64,000 nt of DNA, from positions 791 through 64,790 of the forward strand of contig CAMBDE010000002.1 in NCBI GenBank assembly GCA_945865295.1, written 5' to 3'. Shown in pieces: positions 28,374 through 39,045 of this stretch (positions within the stretch are counted from its first letter, which is position 1; each line of letters starts with the position of its first letter). Below the pieces are notes generated by a model, which worked only from the letters and a program-made list of their open reading frames with translations, was not told the DNA's origin and ran no database searches. Source of the stretch: Chitinophaga pinensis (lineage in GTDB: Bacteria; Bacteroidota; Bacteroidia; Chitinophagales; Chitinophagaceae). Position numbers and translations under genes: made by a program.

Positions 28374-31300
28374 ATGAGGAAGATTATTTTATCATTTCTT
28401 TTGCTTGTAATTGGAGCAACTGCTTTTTCGCAGGAGTCTTTTCCAATTAACGGAGTGAGAGATTTGAGAACAGGTGTGTATGCATTTACCAACGCAACCA
28501 TCATTCAAAACGAAAAAACTAAAATTGAAAAAGCAACACTTGTAATTAAGCAAGGTAAAATTGTTGCCGTTGGCGCAGCAGTTGAAATCCCTAAAGAAGC
28601 AATTGTTGTTGACTGTAATGGTAAGTTTATCTACCCAAGTTTTGTGGATCCCTTAACGGATTATGGTGTGAATACACCAAAACGATCTGCTGCAGGATTT
28701 AACTTTGGTGCACCAGGACAATTTCTTTCTAATAAGGCTGGCGCGTATAATTGGAATCAAGCCATTAAGCCAGAAGTGAATGCTGTGGAGTCTTTCAGCA
28801 TGGACGAGGCAACTGCGGTGGGTTTTAGAAACAATGGGTATGGAACCGTTTTCACACATGTGAAAGATGGTATTGCAAGAGGAACTGGTGCCGTGGTTAC
28901 TTTGGCTGGCACAAACGAAAATCAAAGTATTTTAAAATCAAAAGCAGCACAAGTGTTTTCTTTTGACAAAGGAATATCAACACAAACTTATCCAAGTAGT
29001 TTAATGGGTAGTATTGCATTGTTGCGTCAAACTTATTTAGATGCAAAATGGTATGCAACCAAACCAGCTTCAGAGGGTGTGAATTTATCACTTGAAGCTT
29101 TTAATGCCAACGCGAGTTTACCTCAAATTTTTGTAGCAGACGATAAGTGGTCTACACTAAGAGCAGATCGTATTGCAAAAGAATTTGGAACACAATACAT
29201 TATTAGAGGTGCCGATAATGGTTACCAAAGAATAGACGAATTATCTAAAATAAAAGCGTCTTATATATTAGGCCTTGATTTTCCTGCAGCATTGGATGTA
29301 GAGGATGCCAACGACGCAAGATTTGTTGCTTTATCAGAAATGAAACACTGGGAATTAGCACCAACCAATCCTGCTGCATTTGAAAAAGCGGGCATTAGCT
29401 TTAGTATCAGCACGTCTGATATGAGAGACGGAAAGCAGTTTTTAGCAAACCTTAGAAAAGCGGTTCAATATGGCCTTTCTGAATCAAAGGCATTAGAAGC
29501 ATTGACTAAGACACCTGCACAACAAATTGGCGTATACGATCAAGTGGGTTCATTAGAAGTCGGTAAATTGGCTAATTTCTTAATTACCACAGAATCCATT
29601 TTTAATAGCAATGCAAAAATTATTGAAAACTGGATCCAGGGAAACAAGTACGATGTGAATGGGTCAGAGTGGAATAGCCTTGCTGGCAAATATAAATTAA
29701 CCATTAATAATGCTGGAACAAAAACAGATTACACGGTTGAAATTAAAAAAGACTTATCAGCAAATATTATCGGAACAGATACATTGGCTGCAAAAATTGC
29801 GGTGAGCGAGACTTTGGTGAAGATTAGCTTTCCAGAAAAAAAGGGTCGTGGTGTTGAAAGCATTCGCTTAAGCGGTGTCATGGCAAGCGGCGGATGGAAT
29901 GGATTTGGAACGGATGCAAAGGGCGGTAAACTGACTTGGTCTGCAAGTCTTATTGCTCCAGCAACAGTTGCAATGGAAGAAAAGAAAACAGCAGAGCCAG
30001 TGAAATTAATTTCAAAAGTAACTTATCCTTTTGTTGGATTAGGAAACGAAGTAATGCCACAACAAGAGACCATCTTAATTAAGAATGCAACCGTCTTGAC
30101 AAATGAAAAAGAAGGCAATTTACAAAATACAGATGTCTTATTAAAAGCAGGTAAAATTGCAAAAATTGGAAAAGGCTTGACAGAAGCAGGTGCAAGAGTA
30201 ATGGATGGCACGGGTAAATATTTAAGCGCTGGTATCATCGACGAGCACTCGCATATTGCTGCATTGTCAATCAACGAAGGTGCACAATCTACCACAGCAG
30301 AAGTAAGAGTGGGAGACAATATGAATCCAGAGGACATTAATATTTATCGTCAATTAAGTGGTGGTGTAACTTCTTCTCATATCCTTCACGGAAGTGCGAA
30401 TACAATTGGTGGACAAACACAGTTGATTAAATTAAGATGGGGTACCACAGATGAAGGATTGAAATTTGCGGGCGCAGATCCATTCATCAAGTTTGCTTTA
30501 GGTGAAAACGTAAAGCGTACTACATCTACTAGTAATAATCGTTTTCCTGATACGAGAATGGGTGTTGAAGAAGTATTGACAGACGCATTTGATAAAGCGG
30601 TGGACTACCAAAAAGCAATGAAAGCAAATCCATTGACTACAAGAAGAGATTTAGAATTAGAGGCATTGACCGAGATCATGAATAAAAAACGTTTTATCAC
30701 TTGTCACTCTTATGTACAAACTGAAATTACCTATGCGATGCGTGCGGTTGAAAAATTCAAAGCACAGGGTTATGATTTTAACATCAACACTTTTACGCAT
30801 ATTTTAGATGGGTATAAGGTTGCGGATAAAATGAAAGCACATGGCGCTAGTGCTGCAACTTTCTCTGACTGGTTTGCATACAAAACCGAAGTAATTGACG
30901 CGATTGCTTACAATGCTGCAATTATGCATAATGTAGGTGTAAACACGGTGATTAATTCTGATGATGCTGAAATGGCACGAAGATTGAATCAAGAAGCTGG
31001 AAAGGCAGTTAAATATGGTGGCGTATCTGAAGAGGATGCGTTTAAGATGGTTACTTTAAATCCTGCAAAAGCGCTTCATGTTGACAATAAAGTAGGAAGT
31101 ATCAAAGTGGGTAAAGACGCTGACGTAGTTTTATGGAGCGAGCATCCATTAAGTATTTATGCAAAATCTTTATATACGATTGTAGATGGTACCGTTTATT
31201 TTGATCGTGAAAAAGACGCGGAGCGTAGCAAACAAGTGACAGCAGAAAGAACCAAGCTGATCCAAAAAATGCTAGGCGATAAAAGAGCCGGCATACCAAC

Positions 31301-31397
31301 TAGACCAGCTACACCAACTACGCAAATATTATTAGAGTGTGGAGACCATGAGCACAATGAAGGTCTTAACACTATTTACGAATCTCAAAAAAACTAA
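28374..31397 (+). CDS. Secreted double-domain amidohydrolase
   Basis: Signal peptide; two amidohydrolase repeats, only the second has 'IDEHSH', 'HSY', 'THIL', 'NSDD'. Confidence 0.85.
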   Translation: MRKIILSFLLLVIGATAFSQESFPINGVRDLRTGVYAFTNATIIQNEKTKIEKATLVIKQGKIVAVGAAVEIPKEAIVVDCNGKFIYPSFVDPLTDYGVNTPKRSAAGFNFGAPGQFLSNKAGAYNWNQAIKPEVNAVESFSMDEATAVGFRNNGYGTVFTHVKDGIARGTGAVVTLAGTNENQSILKSKAAQVFSFDKGISTQTYPSSLMGSIALLRQTYLDAKWYATKPASEGVNLSLEAFNANASLPQIFVADDKWSTLRADRIAKEFGTQYIIRGADNGYQRIDELSKIKASYILGLDFPAALDVEDANDARFVALSEMKHWELAPTNPAAFEKAGISFSISTSDMRDGKQFLANLRKAVQYGLSESKALEALTKTPAQQIGVYDQVGSLEVGKLANFLITTESIFNSNAKIIENWIQGNKYDVNGSEWNSLAGKYKLTINNAGTKTDYTVEIKKDLSANIIGTDTLAAKIAVSETLVKISFPEKKGRGVESIRLSGVMASGGWNGFGTDAKGGKLTWSASLIAPATVAMEEKKTAEPVKLISKVTYPFVGLGNEVMPQQETILIKNATVLTNEKEGNLQNTDVLLKAGKIAKIGKGLTEAGARVMDGTGKYLSAGIIDEHSHIAALSINEGAQSTTAEVRVGDNMNPEDINIYRQLSGGVTSSHILHGSANTIGGQTQLIKLRWGTTDEGLKFAGADPFIKFALGENVKRTTSTSNNRFPDTRMGVEEVLTDAFDKAVDYQKAMKANPLTTRRDLELEALTEIMNKKRFITCHSYVQTEITYAMRAVEKFKAQGYDFNINTFTHILDGYKVADKMKAHGASAATFSDWFAYKTEVIDAIAYNAAIMHNVGVNTVINSDDAEMARRLNQEAGKAVKYGGVSEEDAFKMVTLNPAKALHVDNKVGSIKVGKDADVVLWSEHPLSIYAKSLYTIVDGTVYFDREKDAERSKQVTAERTKLIQKMLGDKRAGIPTRPATPTTQILLECGDHEHNEGLNTIYESQKN

Positions 31398-31400
31398 ACC

Positions 31401-32705
31401 ATGCAAAAGAAATATTTAAGCATTTTTGCTCTTGCGTTGTTAGGTTTAACTGCAAGTGCACAAGACAATGTGTATCCAGCTGCACCACAAAAAGGTGTTA
31501 CAGTGATTACAAATACTACAGTTCATATAGGAAATGGAACCACCTTGACAGACGCGACCGTTGCGTTTGAAAATGGAAAAATTATCGGCGTAGGCAATGT
31601 AGCTATTCCGGCTGGTGCCACTGTCATTGACGGAACAGGCAAACAGGTTTATCCAGGTTTGATTCTACCAACCTCTGATTTAGGACTAAGAGAAATTAGT
31701 GCTGGCGTACGTGGTAGCAATGATCATACAGAAATTGGTGAAAACAATGCAAATATCAGATCTATCGTGGCGTACAATACAGATTCAAAAATCATTGGCG
31801 TATTGCGCGAGAACGGTATTTTATTAGCAGGCGTTGCACCAGAAGGTGAGTTGATAGAGGGTCAAGCAAGCGTGGTACAATTAGATGCCTGGAACTATGA
31901 AGATGCTGCTTATAAAATGGACAATGGATTGTATATCAATATGCCAAGTTTGATGCCACGTCGTGGCGGTCGTATGGCATTTATGCGTCCAGGTCCTGGA
32001 GGCGATCCAGTGAAAGCGGCGATGGAAAAGATAGAAACCATCAAAACCTTTTTTACAGATGCTAAAGCCTACTATCAAGAAAAAACACATGCTGCCAATA
32101 ATTTAAAATTAGAAGCAGTACGTGGCTTATTTGAAGGCAAGCAAAAATTATTTGTTCGCGCAAATGAAGTAAAGCAAATGTTATTGGCGATGGACCTTGC
32201 AAAGTCTTTTGGATTTAAATTGGTGATTGTGGGCGGAACAGAAGCTTATCAGATTGCAGATTTATTAGCCGAAAACAATGTACCAGTGATCTTAGATCGT
32301 CAGCATTCCTTGCCTTCTATGGAAGATGACGACGTGGACCAACCGTATAAAACACCAGCAGCTTTACAAAAAGCGGGTGTATTGTTTTGTTTAAACGATA
32401 CGCACGATCAAAGTCGTTTCCGTAATCTTGCTTTTAACGCTGGAACAGCTGCTACCTATGGTTTAACCAAAGAACAAGCACTTTCTGCAGTAACCTTAAA
32501 TCCTGCTAAAATTTTAGGCATCGATGACAAGGCCGGCACTATTGAAACGGGAAAAGACGCGAACCTTTTAATTGTGAATGGGGATTTATTAGATATGAAG
32601 TCTAGTGTGATTGCCCATGCTTTTATCCAAGGTCGTAAAGTGTCATTAGATAATAAAGGCAAACAATTATACGAACGCTATAAGCACAAGTATCAATTGA
32701 AATAA
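31401..32705 (+). CDS. Secreted amidohydrolase-fold protein, probably metal-ligand deficient
   Basis: Composite-domain motifs 'DGTGKQVYPGLI', 'TLNPAKILG', 'GKDANL'; no HxH. Confidence 0.82.
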   Translation: MQKKYLSIFALALLGLTASAQDNVYPAAPQKGVTVITNTTVHIGNGTTLTDATVAFENGKIIGVGNVAIPAGATVIDGTGKQVYPGLILPTSDLGLREISAGVRGSNDHTEIGENNANIRSIVAYNTDSKIIGVLRENGILLAGVAPEGELIEGQASVVQLDAWNYEDAAYKMDNGLYINMPSLMPRRGGRMAFMRPGPGGDPVKAAMEKIETIKTFFTDAKAYYQEKTHAANNLKLEAVRGLFEGKQKLFVRANEVKQMLLAMDLAKSFGFKLVIVGGTEAYQIADLLAENNVPVILDRQHSLPSMEDDDVDQPYKTPAALQKAGVLFCLNDTHDQSRFRNLAFNAGTAATYGLTKEQALSAVTLNPAKILGIDDKAGTIETGKDANLLIVNGDLLDMKSSVIAHAFIQGRKVSLDNKGKQLYERYKHKYQLK

Positions 32706-32767
32706 GCTCAAATCCAATCGTTCATAATGTTATTTTAAATAGTGTTATAAACCTGGAAAAATAAGTT

Positions 32768-32808
32768 TCCTCCCAGCTCGGTAAATCTGAACTGGGAGGA
32801 TTTTTTTT
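32768..32808 (+). terminator. Intrinsic terminator
   Basis: tcctcccag...ctgggagga plus T8. Confidence 0.85.
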
Positions 32809-32823
32809 GGCTAACTTAGCGTC

Positions 32824-35736
32824 ATGTCTAAAAAACTCTATTTACTAGATGCGCTGGCCTTGATTTATAGGGCCTATTATGCACTCATCCGCACCCCAAG
32901 AATCACAAGCACCGGCATCAATACCAATGCGCAGTTTGGCTTTACCAATACCTTATTAGAAATTATAAAAAAGGAAAATCCTTCCCATATTGCTGTATGC
33001 TTTGATACGCATGCACCTACAGAAAGACATACCGATTTCACAGACTATAAAGCCAACAGAGAAGCCGCTCCCGAAGATTTATTAAGCTCACTACCTCATA
33101 TTAAAGCCATCATTGAAGGATTTAATATCCCAGTAGTAGAATGCGATGGGTATGAGGCAGACGATGTAATAGGGACATTGGCTTGGCAGGCTGCAGACCT
33201 GGGCTACGAAGTGTATATGGTCACACCCGATAAAGACTATGGTCAATTATTGGTGAAAGACAATGTATACATGTGGAAGCCGCCCGCATTTGGGAACGAA
33301 AGAGAAATTCTAGATGCAGCAAAAATTAAAGCAAAATGGGATATCGCTCGCGTAGATCAAGTGATAGACATGTTGGGCTTAATGGGTGATGCAGCCGATA
33401 ATATTCCTGGTATTCCTGGTGTGGGCGAAAAGACCGCAGCGAAATTATTAAAAGAATATGACACACTCGAAGGTGTGTTAGCGAATGCAGATAAGATCAA
33501 AGGCGCGATGGGTGAAAAAGTGAGAACAGGAAAAGCATCTGCTATCATGAGTAAAAAATTAGCTACCATCATAACCAATGTACCAGTTCAGTTTCATGAA
33601 GAAGACTATAAATTATCCGAAAAAAATATTCCTGCTTTAACAGAAATTTTTAATTTGCTTGAATTCAAGACCCTTGGCAAACGCATACTGGGTGGTGATT
33701 TTGAAGTCGTGGTGGCGCAAGACCCTGAAGTTCAAACAGATTTATTTGGCAACGAAGTCAAATCTAAAAAGACCATTGTAAAAACAAAAACAATTGTACT
33801 TGATTCCGAAACCGGAACGCAATCTGTATTAGAGCCCAATGATGAACCAGGTAATCCGGGTTACGATGACGATGAAGAGGCTTCTGATTTACCTAAATTA
33901 ATTGCCAATAAAAATATTGAGAATACGCCACATGCATACGAAACAATTGTTGGTGATCAGGCGATTGATGCTTTTATAAAAAAGATCATTACTAAAAAGG
34001 AAATCTGTATTGATACAGAAACAACAGGAATTGATGCGAATAATGTGCAGTTGGTTGGATTAAGTTTTTCAAATACGAGACATACTGGATACTACTTACC
34101 TGTTGCGAACGATGGAGACGGCACTGATGGGGCAAAACATATTTTGAATCAACTCAAGCCCTTATTTGAAGACGAAACCATTACATGGATTGGACAAAAT
34201 TTAAAATATGATTACCTAGTCTTAAAATGGTATGGTGTATTATTAAAAGGAAAGACTTTTGATACCATGCTAGCGCACTATGTGATTGAGCCAGAAGGCA
34301 GACGTAGCATGGATATCCTGAGCGAGCAGTTTTTAGGATATGCCCCAGTGAGCATTGAAACCCTGATTGGTAAAAAAGGGAAAAACCAGGGCACGATGCG
34401 TGATGTTCCTTTGGATCAAATCACTGAGTACGCTGCAGAAGATGCAGATATTACTTTTCAATTAAAAGAATGCTTTGAGCCCTTATTGACAAAGCGCGAA
34501 GTAAAACGCGTTTTTGAGGAAGTCGAAAATCCTTTGATGCAAGTATTGGTGGATATGGAATTTGAGGGCATTAAAGTAGATGAACAGTTTTTGAATGAGT
34601 ATAGTAAAGTTTTAGAAGCAGATATTAAAATAAGCGAAGAACGCGTATTTGAACAAGCGGGTGTGCGTTTTAATCTTGCGTCTCCAAAACAATTAGGTGA
34701 GGTATTATTTGATATTTTAAAAATTGATCCAAAAGCAAAGAAAACAAAAACGGGTCAATATGCTACAGGAGAAGATGTGCTAGCAAAACTAGCAGCAAAG
34801 CATAAAATTGTAGATGATATTTTAAACTTTAGAGAACTTAGTAAATTAAAATCTACTTATGTGGATGCATTGCCCGCCATCGTTAATCCTAAAACTGGAA
34901 GAATCCATACCAGCTATGCACAAGCAGTTGCTGTAACAGGAAGACTAAGCAGCACCAATCCCAATTTGCAAAATATTCCTATTCGTTCTGAGCGTGGAAG
35001 AGAAGTTCGAAAAGCATTTATTCCAAGAGACCCATCTCGTATTTTAGTGAGTGCGGATTATTCTCAAATAGAATTAAGGGTGGTTGCTGCCATTAGCGGT
35101 GATCCAAATATGTGCGACGCATTTAAACAAGGTAAAGACATCCACACAGCAACGGCTGCAAAAGTATATGGGATAGCAGAATCCGAAGTGACTAAAGAGC
35201 AACGCTATAAAGCAAAGAGTGTCAACTTTGGTATTATCTACGGACAAGGGGCTTTTGGTTTAGCAGAAAACCTAGGTATTTCAAGAACAGAAGCAAAAGA
35301 GATCATTGATAATTATAAAAAAGAATTTCCCAATATTCAATTGTACATGGACCAGCAAATCAATAAGGCGAAAGAACAAGGCTTTGTTGAAACCTTAATG
35401 GGACGTAAGCGTTGGTTAAGAGATATCAACTCTTCTAATTTTACAGTGCGTGGTTTCGCAGAACGCAACGCCATCAACTCCCCTATTCAAGGTTCTGCAG
35501 CAGATATGATTAAGCTAGCGATGATTAAGATTCATCACGAAATGAAAAAGCAAGCTTGGGAATCAAAAATGATTTTACAAGTTCACGATGAATTGGTTTT
35601 TGACGCAGTGGAGTCGGAATTACCTGCACTAAAAGAATTGATCTTAGCATGTATGACCACTGCAATGGAATTACCAAATGGGGTTCCAGTAGAAGCAGAA
35701 ATTGGACAAGGAAAAAATTGGTTAGAAGCGCATTAA
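32824..35736 (+). CDS. polA: DNA polymerase I
   Basis: 5' nuclease 'YEADD', 3'-5' exo 'IDTET', motifs A 'DYSQIELR', B 'KSVNFGIIYG', C 'QVHDE'. Confidence 0.98.
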   Translation: MSKKLYLLDALALIYRAYYALIRTPRITSTGINTNAQFGFTNTLLEIIKKENPSHIAVCFDTHAPTERHTDFTDYKANREAAPEDLLSSLPHIKAIIEGFNIPVVECDGYEADDVIGTLAWQAADLGYEVYMVTPDKDYGQLLVKDNVYMWKPPAFGNEREILDAAKIKAKWDIARVDQVIDMLGLMGDAADNIPGIPGVGEKTAAKLLKEYDTLEGVLANADKIKGAMGEKVRTGKASAIMSKKLATIITNVPVQFHEEDYKLSEKNIPALTEIFNLLEFKTLGKRILGGDFEVVVAQDPEVQTDLFGNEVKSKKTIVKTKTIVLDSETGTQSVLEPNDEPGNPGYDDDEEASDLPKLIANKNIENTPHAYETIVGDQAIDAFIKKIITKKEICIDTETTGIDANNVQLVGLSFSNTRHTGYYLPVANDGDGTDGAKHILNQLKPLFEDETITWIGQNLKYDYLVLKWYGVLLKGKTFDTMLAHYVIEPEGRRSMDILSEQFLGYAPVSIETLIGKKGKNQGTMRDVPLDQITEYAAEDADITFQLKECFEPLLTKREVKRVFEEVENPLMQVLVDMEFEGIKVDEQFLNEYSKVLEADIKISEERVFEQAGVRFNLASPKQLGEVLFDILKIDPKAKKTKTGQYATGEDVLAKLAAKHKIVDDILNFRELSKLKSTYVDALPAIVNPKTGRIHTSYAQAVAVTGRLSSTNPNLQNIPIRSERGREVRKAFIPRDPSRILVSADYSQIELRVVAAISGDPNMCDAFKQGKDIHTATAAKVYGIAESEVTKEQRYKAKSVNFGIIYGQGAFGLAENLGISRTEAKEIIDNYKKEFPNIQLYMDQQINKAKEQGFVETLMGRKRWLRDINSSNFTVRGFAERNAINSPIQGSAADMIKLAMIKIHHEMKKQAWESKMILQVHDELVFDAVESELPALKELILACMTTAMELPNGVPVEAEIGQGKNWLEAH

Positions 35737-35753
35737 TTTTAAGCTCCTTTTTA

Positions 35754-37307
35754 TTAACGATTCATGCTGGCTAAAAACTCTTCGTTGTCTAAGGTGCCGC
35801 GCATGCGTTTTAATAATTCGTTCATTGCTTCGTCGGTGTTCATATCATTCAAGAACAAGCGAAGGATATTCATTCTTTGTAATACATCTTTGTCTAATAA
35901 TAAATCATCACGACGCGTGCTTGATCCTGTTAAATCAATCGCAGGGAAGATACGCTTATTCGCTAAACGACGATCTAATACCAATTCCATATTACCTGTT
36001 CCTTTGAATTCTTCAAAGATGACTTCGTCCATTTTAGAACCGGTATCTACAAGTGCAGTTGCAATGATGGTCAATGATCCGCCGTTTTCAATTTTACGTG
36101 CAGCACCAAAAAATTGTTTTGGTTTTTGCATTGCGTTGGCTTCCACACCACCTGATAATACTTTACCAGAGCTTGGTGCTACGGTATTGTGTGCACGCGC
36201 TAAACGTGTAATTGAATCTAATAATATTACTACATCATGCCCACACTCTACTAAACGCTTTGCTTTTTGTAAAGCCATGGTAGACACTTTAACGTGTTTT
36301 TCTGCGGGCTCATCAAATGTAGATGCAATCACTTCTGCTTTTACAGAACGCTCTACATCAGTTACTTCCTCCGGGCGCTCATCTACTAAAACCACCATCA
36401 AATAACATTCTGGGTGATTAGCAGCAATCGCGTTGGCAATTTCTTTCAACAACATGGTCTTACCCACTTTTGGTTGTGCAACCAATAATCCACGTTGACC
36501 CTTTCCAATAGGTGTAAATAAATCCATGATACGCGTACTATAATTATTAGCCGTGGTATATAAATTTAATTTCTGGAACGGGAACAAAGGCGTTAAATAA
36601 TCAAAAGGAATACGATCACGAATTTCGTCTGGTTTTTTTCCATTGACAAAATCCACCTTCGTTAAAGCAAAATACTTCTCTCCTTCTTTTGGAGGACGCA
36701 CTGTTCCTTGAACCGTATCTCCTGTTTTTAATCCAAATAATTTTATTTGTGAAGGAGAAACATATACGTCATCTGGAGAAGACAAATAATTATAATCAGA
36801 ACTTCTTAAAAAGCCATATCCATCAGGCATCATTTCCAAGACACCTTCTGAAGCGATGGCGCCGTCAAATTCTACATTGAATACAGGTTCTTTTTTAGGT
36901 AGATGTCTGTTTTGGTGTTGTCCTTGACCTGGGCCTCTTTGTCCACGGGGATCGCCACCTTGTTGATGTTGATTCGATTGACCAGATTCTGCGTCTTGGC
37001 CCGTTTGGTCACCCTGTGGTGTTACGGCTACTTCGGGATTTTCTGCTGTTGCAGGCGCTTGGCTTGCAGCAGATTCGTCTCCAAATAAAGCAGCAGCTAT
37101 TTTAGAAGCCTTATCGTCTTCGGTATGGTCTTTCTCGGCTTTTACCGGAGCGGCAGCTCTACGTCTTGGATCTTCTTCTGGGGTTGCTGTTTTTTTTGCA
37201 ATTGGCTTGCGAACTGGTTTAGATGCAGATACATCTGCCTTTGCTGTTGGAGCAGGCGCAGCAGTAGTCTTGCGTCGGCTCTTTGGTTTGTCGTCTTTTT
37301 CTTGCAC
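35754..37307 (-). CDS. rho: Transcription termination factor Rho with a disordered N-terminal extension
   Basis: 'DGYGFLR', '[10 protein letters not shown]', 'GKGQR', 'LVDERPEEV', '[11 protein letters not shown]', 'FKGTGNME'. Confidence 0.97.
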   Translation of the reverse strand: MQEKDDKPKSRRKTTAAPAPTAKADVSASKPVRKPIAKKTATPEEDPRRRAAAPVKAEKDHTEDDKASKIAAALFGDESAASQAPATAENPEVAVTPQGDQTGQDAESGQSNQHQQGGDPRGQRGPGQGQHQNRHLPKKEPVFNVEFDGAIASEGVLEMMPDGYGFLRSSDYNYLSSPDDVYVSPSQIKLFGLKTGDTVQGTVRPPKEGEKYFALTKVDFVNGKKPDEIRDRIPFDYLTPLFPFQKLNLYTTANNYSTRIMDLFTPIGKGQRGLLVAQPKVGKTMLLKEIANAIAANHPECYLMVVLVDERPEEVTDVERSVKAEVIASTFDEPAEKHVKVSTMALQKAKRLVECGHDVVILLDSITRLARAHNTVAPSSGKVLSGGVEANAMQKPKQFFGAARKIENGGSLTIIATALVDTGSKMDEVIFEEFKGTGNMELVLDRRLANKRIFPAIDLTGSSTRRDDLLLDKDVLQRMNILRLFLNDMNTDEAMNELLKRMRGTLDNEEFLASMNR

Positions 37308-37511
37308 TGTAAATGAAGGGTTTTTTTAAATCGAATGGAGATCGGGGAATGTTTGAAAAAATCTAGTTGAATTTGGCCAAGATATGACCGGTAATAAAAG
37401 AAGCGCGAAAAATAGTATCTGAGCGTTTGCTCGTTTCTACCACAAAGTAAAGCAGTTTTGCATAAAAAAACAATTTTTTATGGGTTATCTTTGAACCTCG
37501 AAATAACTAAT

Positions 37512-38972
37512 ATGTTCAACCAAAGAGTCAAAATCAAGCAATTGTTAAGCGGAACCGATGCTCATTCAGCTGTCGGAGCCGAAGTAGTAGTCATGGGATG
37601 GGTGCGCACCTTCCGAAATAACCAGTTCATCGCATTGAACGATGGTAGCACCAATAACAATGTGCAGGTGGTGGCTAGTTTGGGTGAATTTGATGAAGCT
37701 TTATTAAAACGCATCACCACGGGGGCTTCTTTAAAAGTAAAAGGCGTGGTCGTAGAAAGCCAAGGAAAAGGTCAAACAGTTGAGGTAAAAGCAACATCAA
37801 TTGAAATACTAGGAGATAGTGATGCAGAAAAATATCCTCTACAACCAAAAAAACACTCTTTAGAATTTTTAAGAGAAAAAGCACATTTACGTTTTAGGAC
37901 CAATACGTTCGGATCTGTATTTCGCATTCGTCATGCCTTAGCATTTGCGGTACATCAGTTTTTTAATGATCGCGGATTTTTATATTTAAATACACCCATC
38001 ATTACATCAAGCGATGCCGAAGGTGCAGGTGAGATGTTTCGCGTGACCACACTTCCAATGGAAGGTGCTCCAAAAAACGAAGCAGGTGAAATTGATTATA
38101 CCGAAGACTTTTTTGGCAAGAGCACAAACTTAACTGTAAGTGGTCAACTTGAAGGAGAACTAGGTGCCATGGCGTTTTCAGACATTTATACTTTCGGTCC
38201 TACCTTCCGCGCAGAGAATTCAAACACCACAAGACATTTGGCAGAGTTTTGGATGATCGAACCAGAAGTGGCATTCAATGACCTCGAAGACAATATGAAT
38301 TTAGCAGAAGATTTCATGAAGCATTTAATTGCTTATGTGATGGAACACAATGCAGATGACTTAGCATTTTTAGATGCGCGTTTAGCAGAAGAAGAAAAAC
38401 AATTACCTACTGAAAAAAGATCTGCCTTAGGATTAATTGAAAAATTAAAGTTTGTAGTAGAAAACAGTTTCGAAAGAATCACGTATACGGAGGCTATTGA
38501 TATTTTATTAAATAGCAATCACTATAAGAAAAAGAAATTTACCTACGATGTAAAATGGGGTATTGATTTACAAAGTGAGCACGAAAGGTACTTGGTAGAG
38601 CAGCATTTTAAAAAGCCAGTGATTGTTACGGGTTATCCAGCTGCGATTAAAGCTTTTTATATGCGTATGAATGATGGATGTGAAGCTGGTAAAGAGACGG
38701 TGGCAGCTATGGATATTTTAGCACCAGGTATTGGAGAGATCGTAGGTGGATCACAAAGAGAAGAACGTTTGGATAGGCTAGAAGCCAGAATGAACGACAT
38801 GCACATTCCTTTAGAGGAGATGAGCTATTACTTAGATACAAGACGTTTTGGTACAGTGCCACACGCTGGATTTGGATTAGGTTTTGAGCGCATGGTGCAG
38901 TTTGTTACAGGCATGACCAATATTAGAGATGTCATTCCATTTGCAAGAACGCCGAAAAATTGTGAATATTAA
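37512..38972 (+). CDS. asnS: Asparagine--tRNA ligase
   Basis: 'GWVRTFR', 'LTVSGQL', '[15 protein letters not shown]', '[10 protein letters not shown]'; ATG at 37512. Confidence 0.97.
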   Translation: MFNQRVKIKQLLSGTDAHSAVGAEVVVMGWVRTFRNNQFIALNDGSTNNNVQVVASLGEFDEALLKRITTGASLKVKGVVVESQGKGQTVEVKATSIEILGDSDAEKYPLQPKKHSLEFLREKAHLRFRTNTFGSVFRIRHALAFAVHQFFNDRGFLYLNTPIITSSDAEGAGEMFRVTTLPMEGAPKNEAGEIDYTEDFFGKSTNLTVSGQLEGELGAMAFSDIYTFGPTFRAENSNTTRHLAEFWMIEPEVAFNDLEDNMNLAEDFMKHLIAYVMEHNADDLAFLDARLAEEEKQLPTEKRSALGLIEKLKFVVENSFERITYTEAIDILLNSNHYKKKKFTYDVKWGIDLQSEHERYLVEQHFKKPVIVTGYPAAIKAFYMRMNDGCEAGKETVAAMDILAPGIGEIVGGSQREERLDRLEARMNDMHIPLEEMSYYLDTRRFGTVPHAGFGLGFERMVQFVTGMTNIRDVIPFARTPKNCEY

Positions 38973-38980
38973 AAATTTTT

Positions 38981-39004
38981 AAAGAGCGCACTCGCGCTCT
39001 TTTT
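38981..39004 (+). terminator. Intrinsic terminator
   Basis: aaagagcgc/gcgctcttt stem plus T-run. Confidence 0.7.
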
Positions 39005-39045
39005 GTCAACATCGCTACAAAATGTGCAAGGGTTAAATCTAATTA

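Noticed and set aside
35764-36405. 213-aa antisense ORF inside rho
   Set aside because: In-register shadow of a conserved gene; no independent signals or recognisable motifs.
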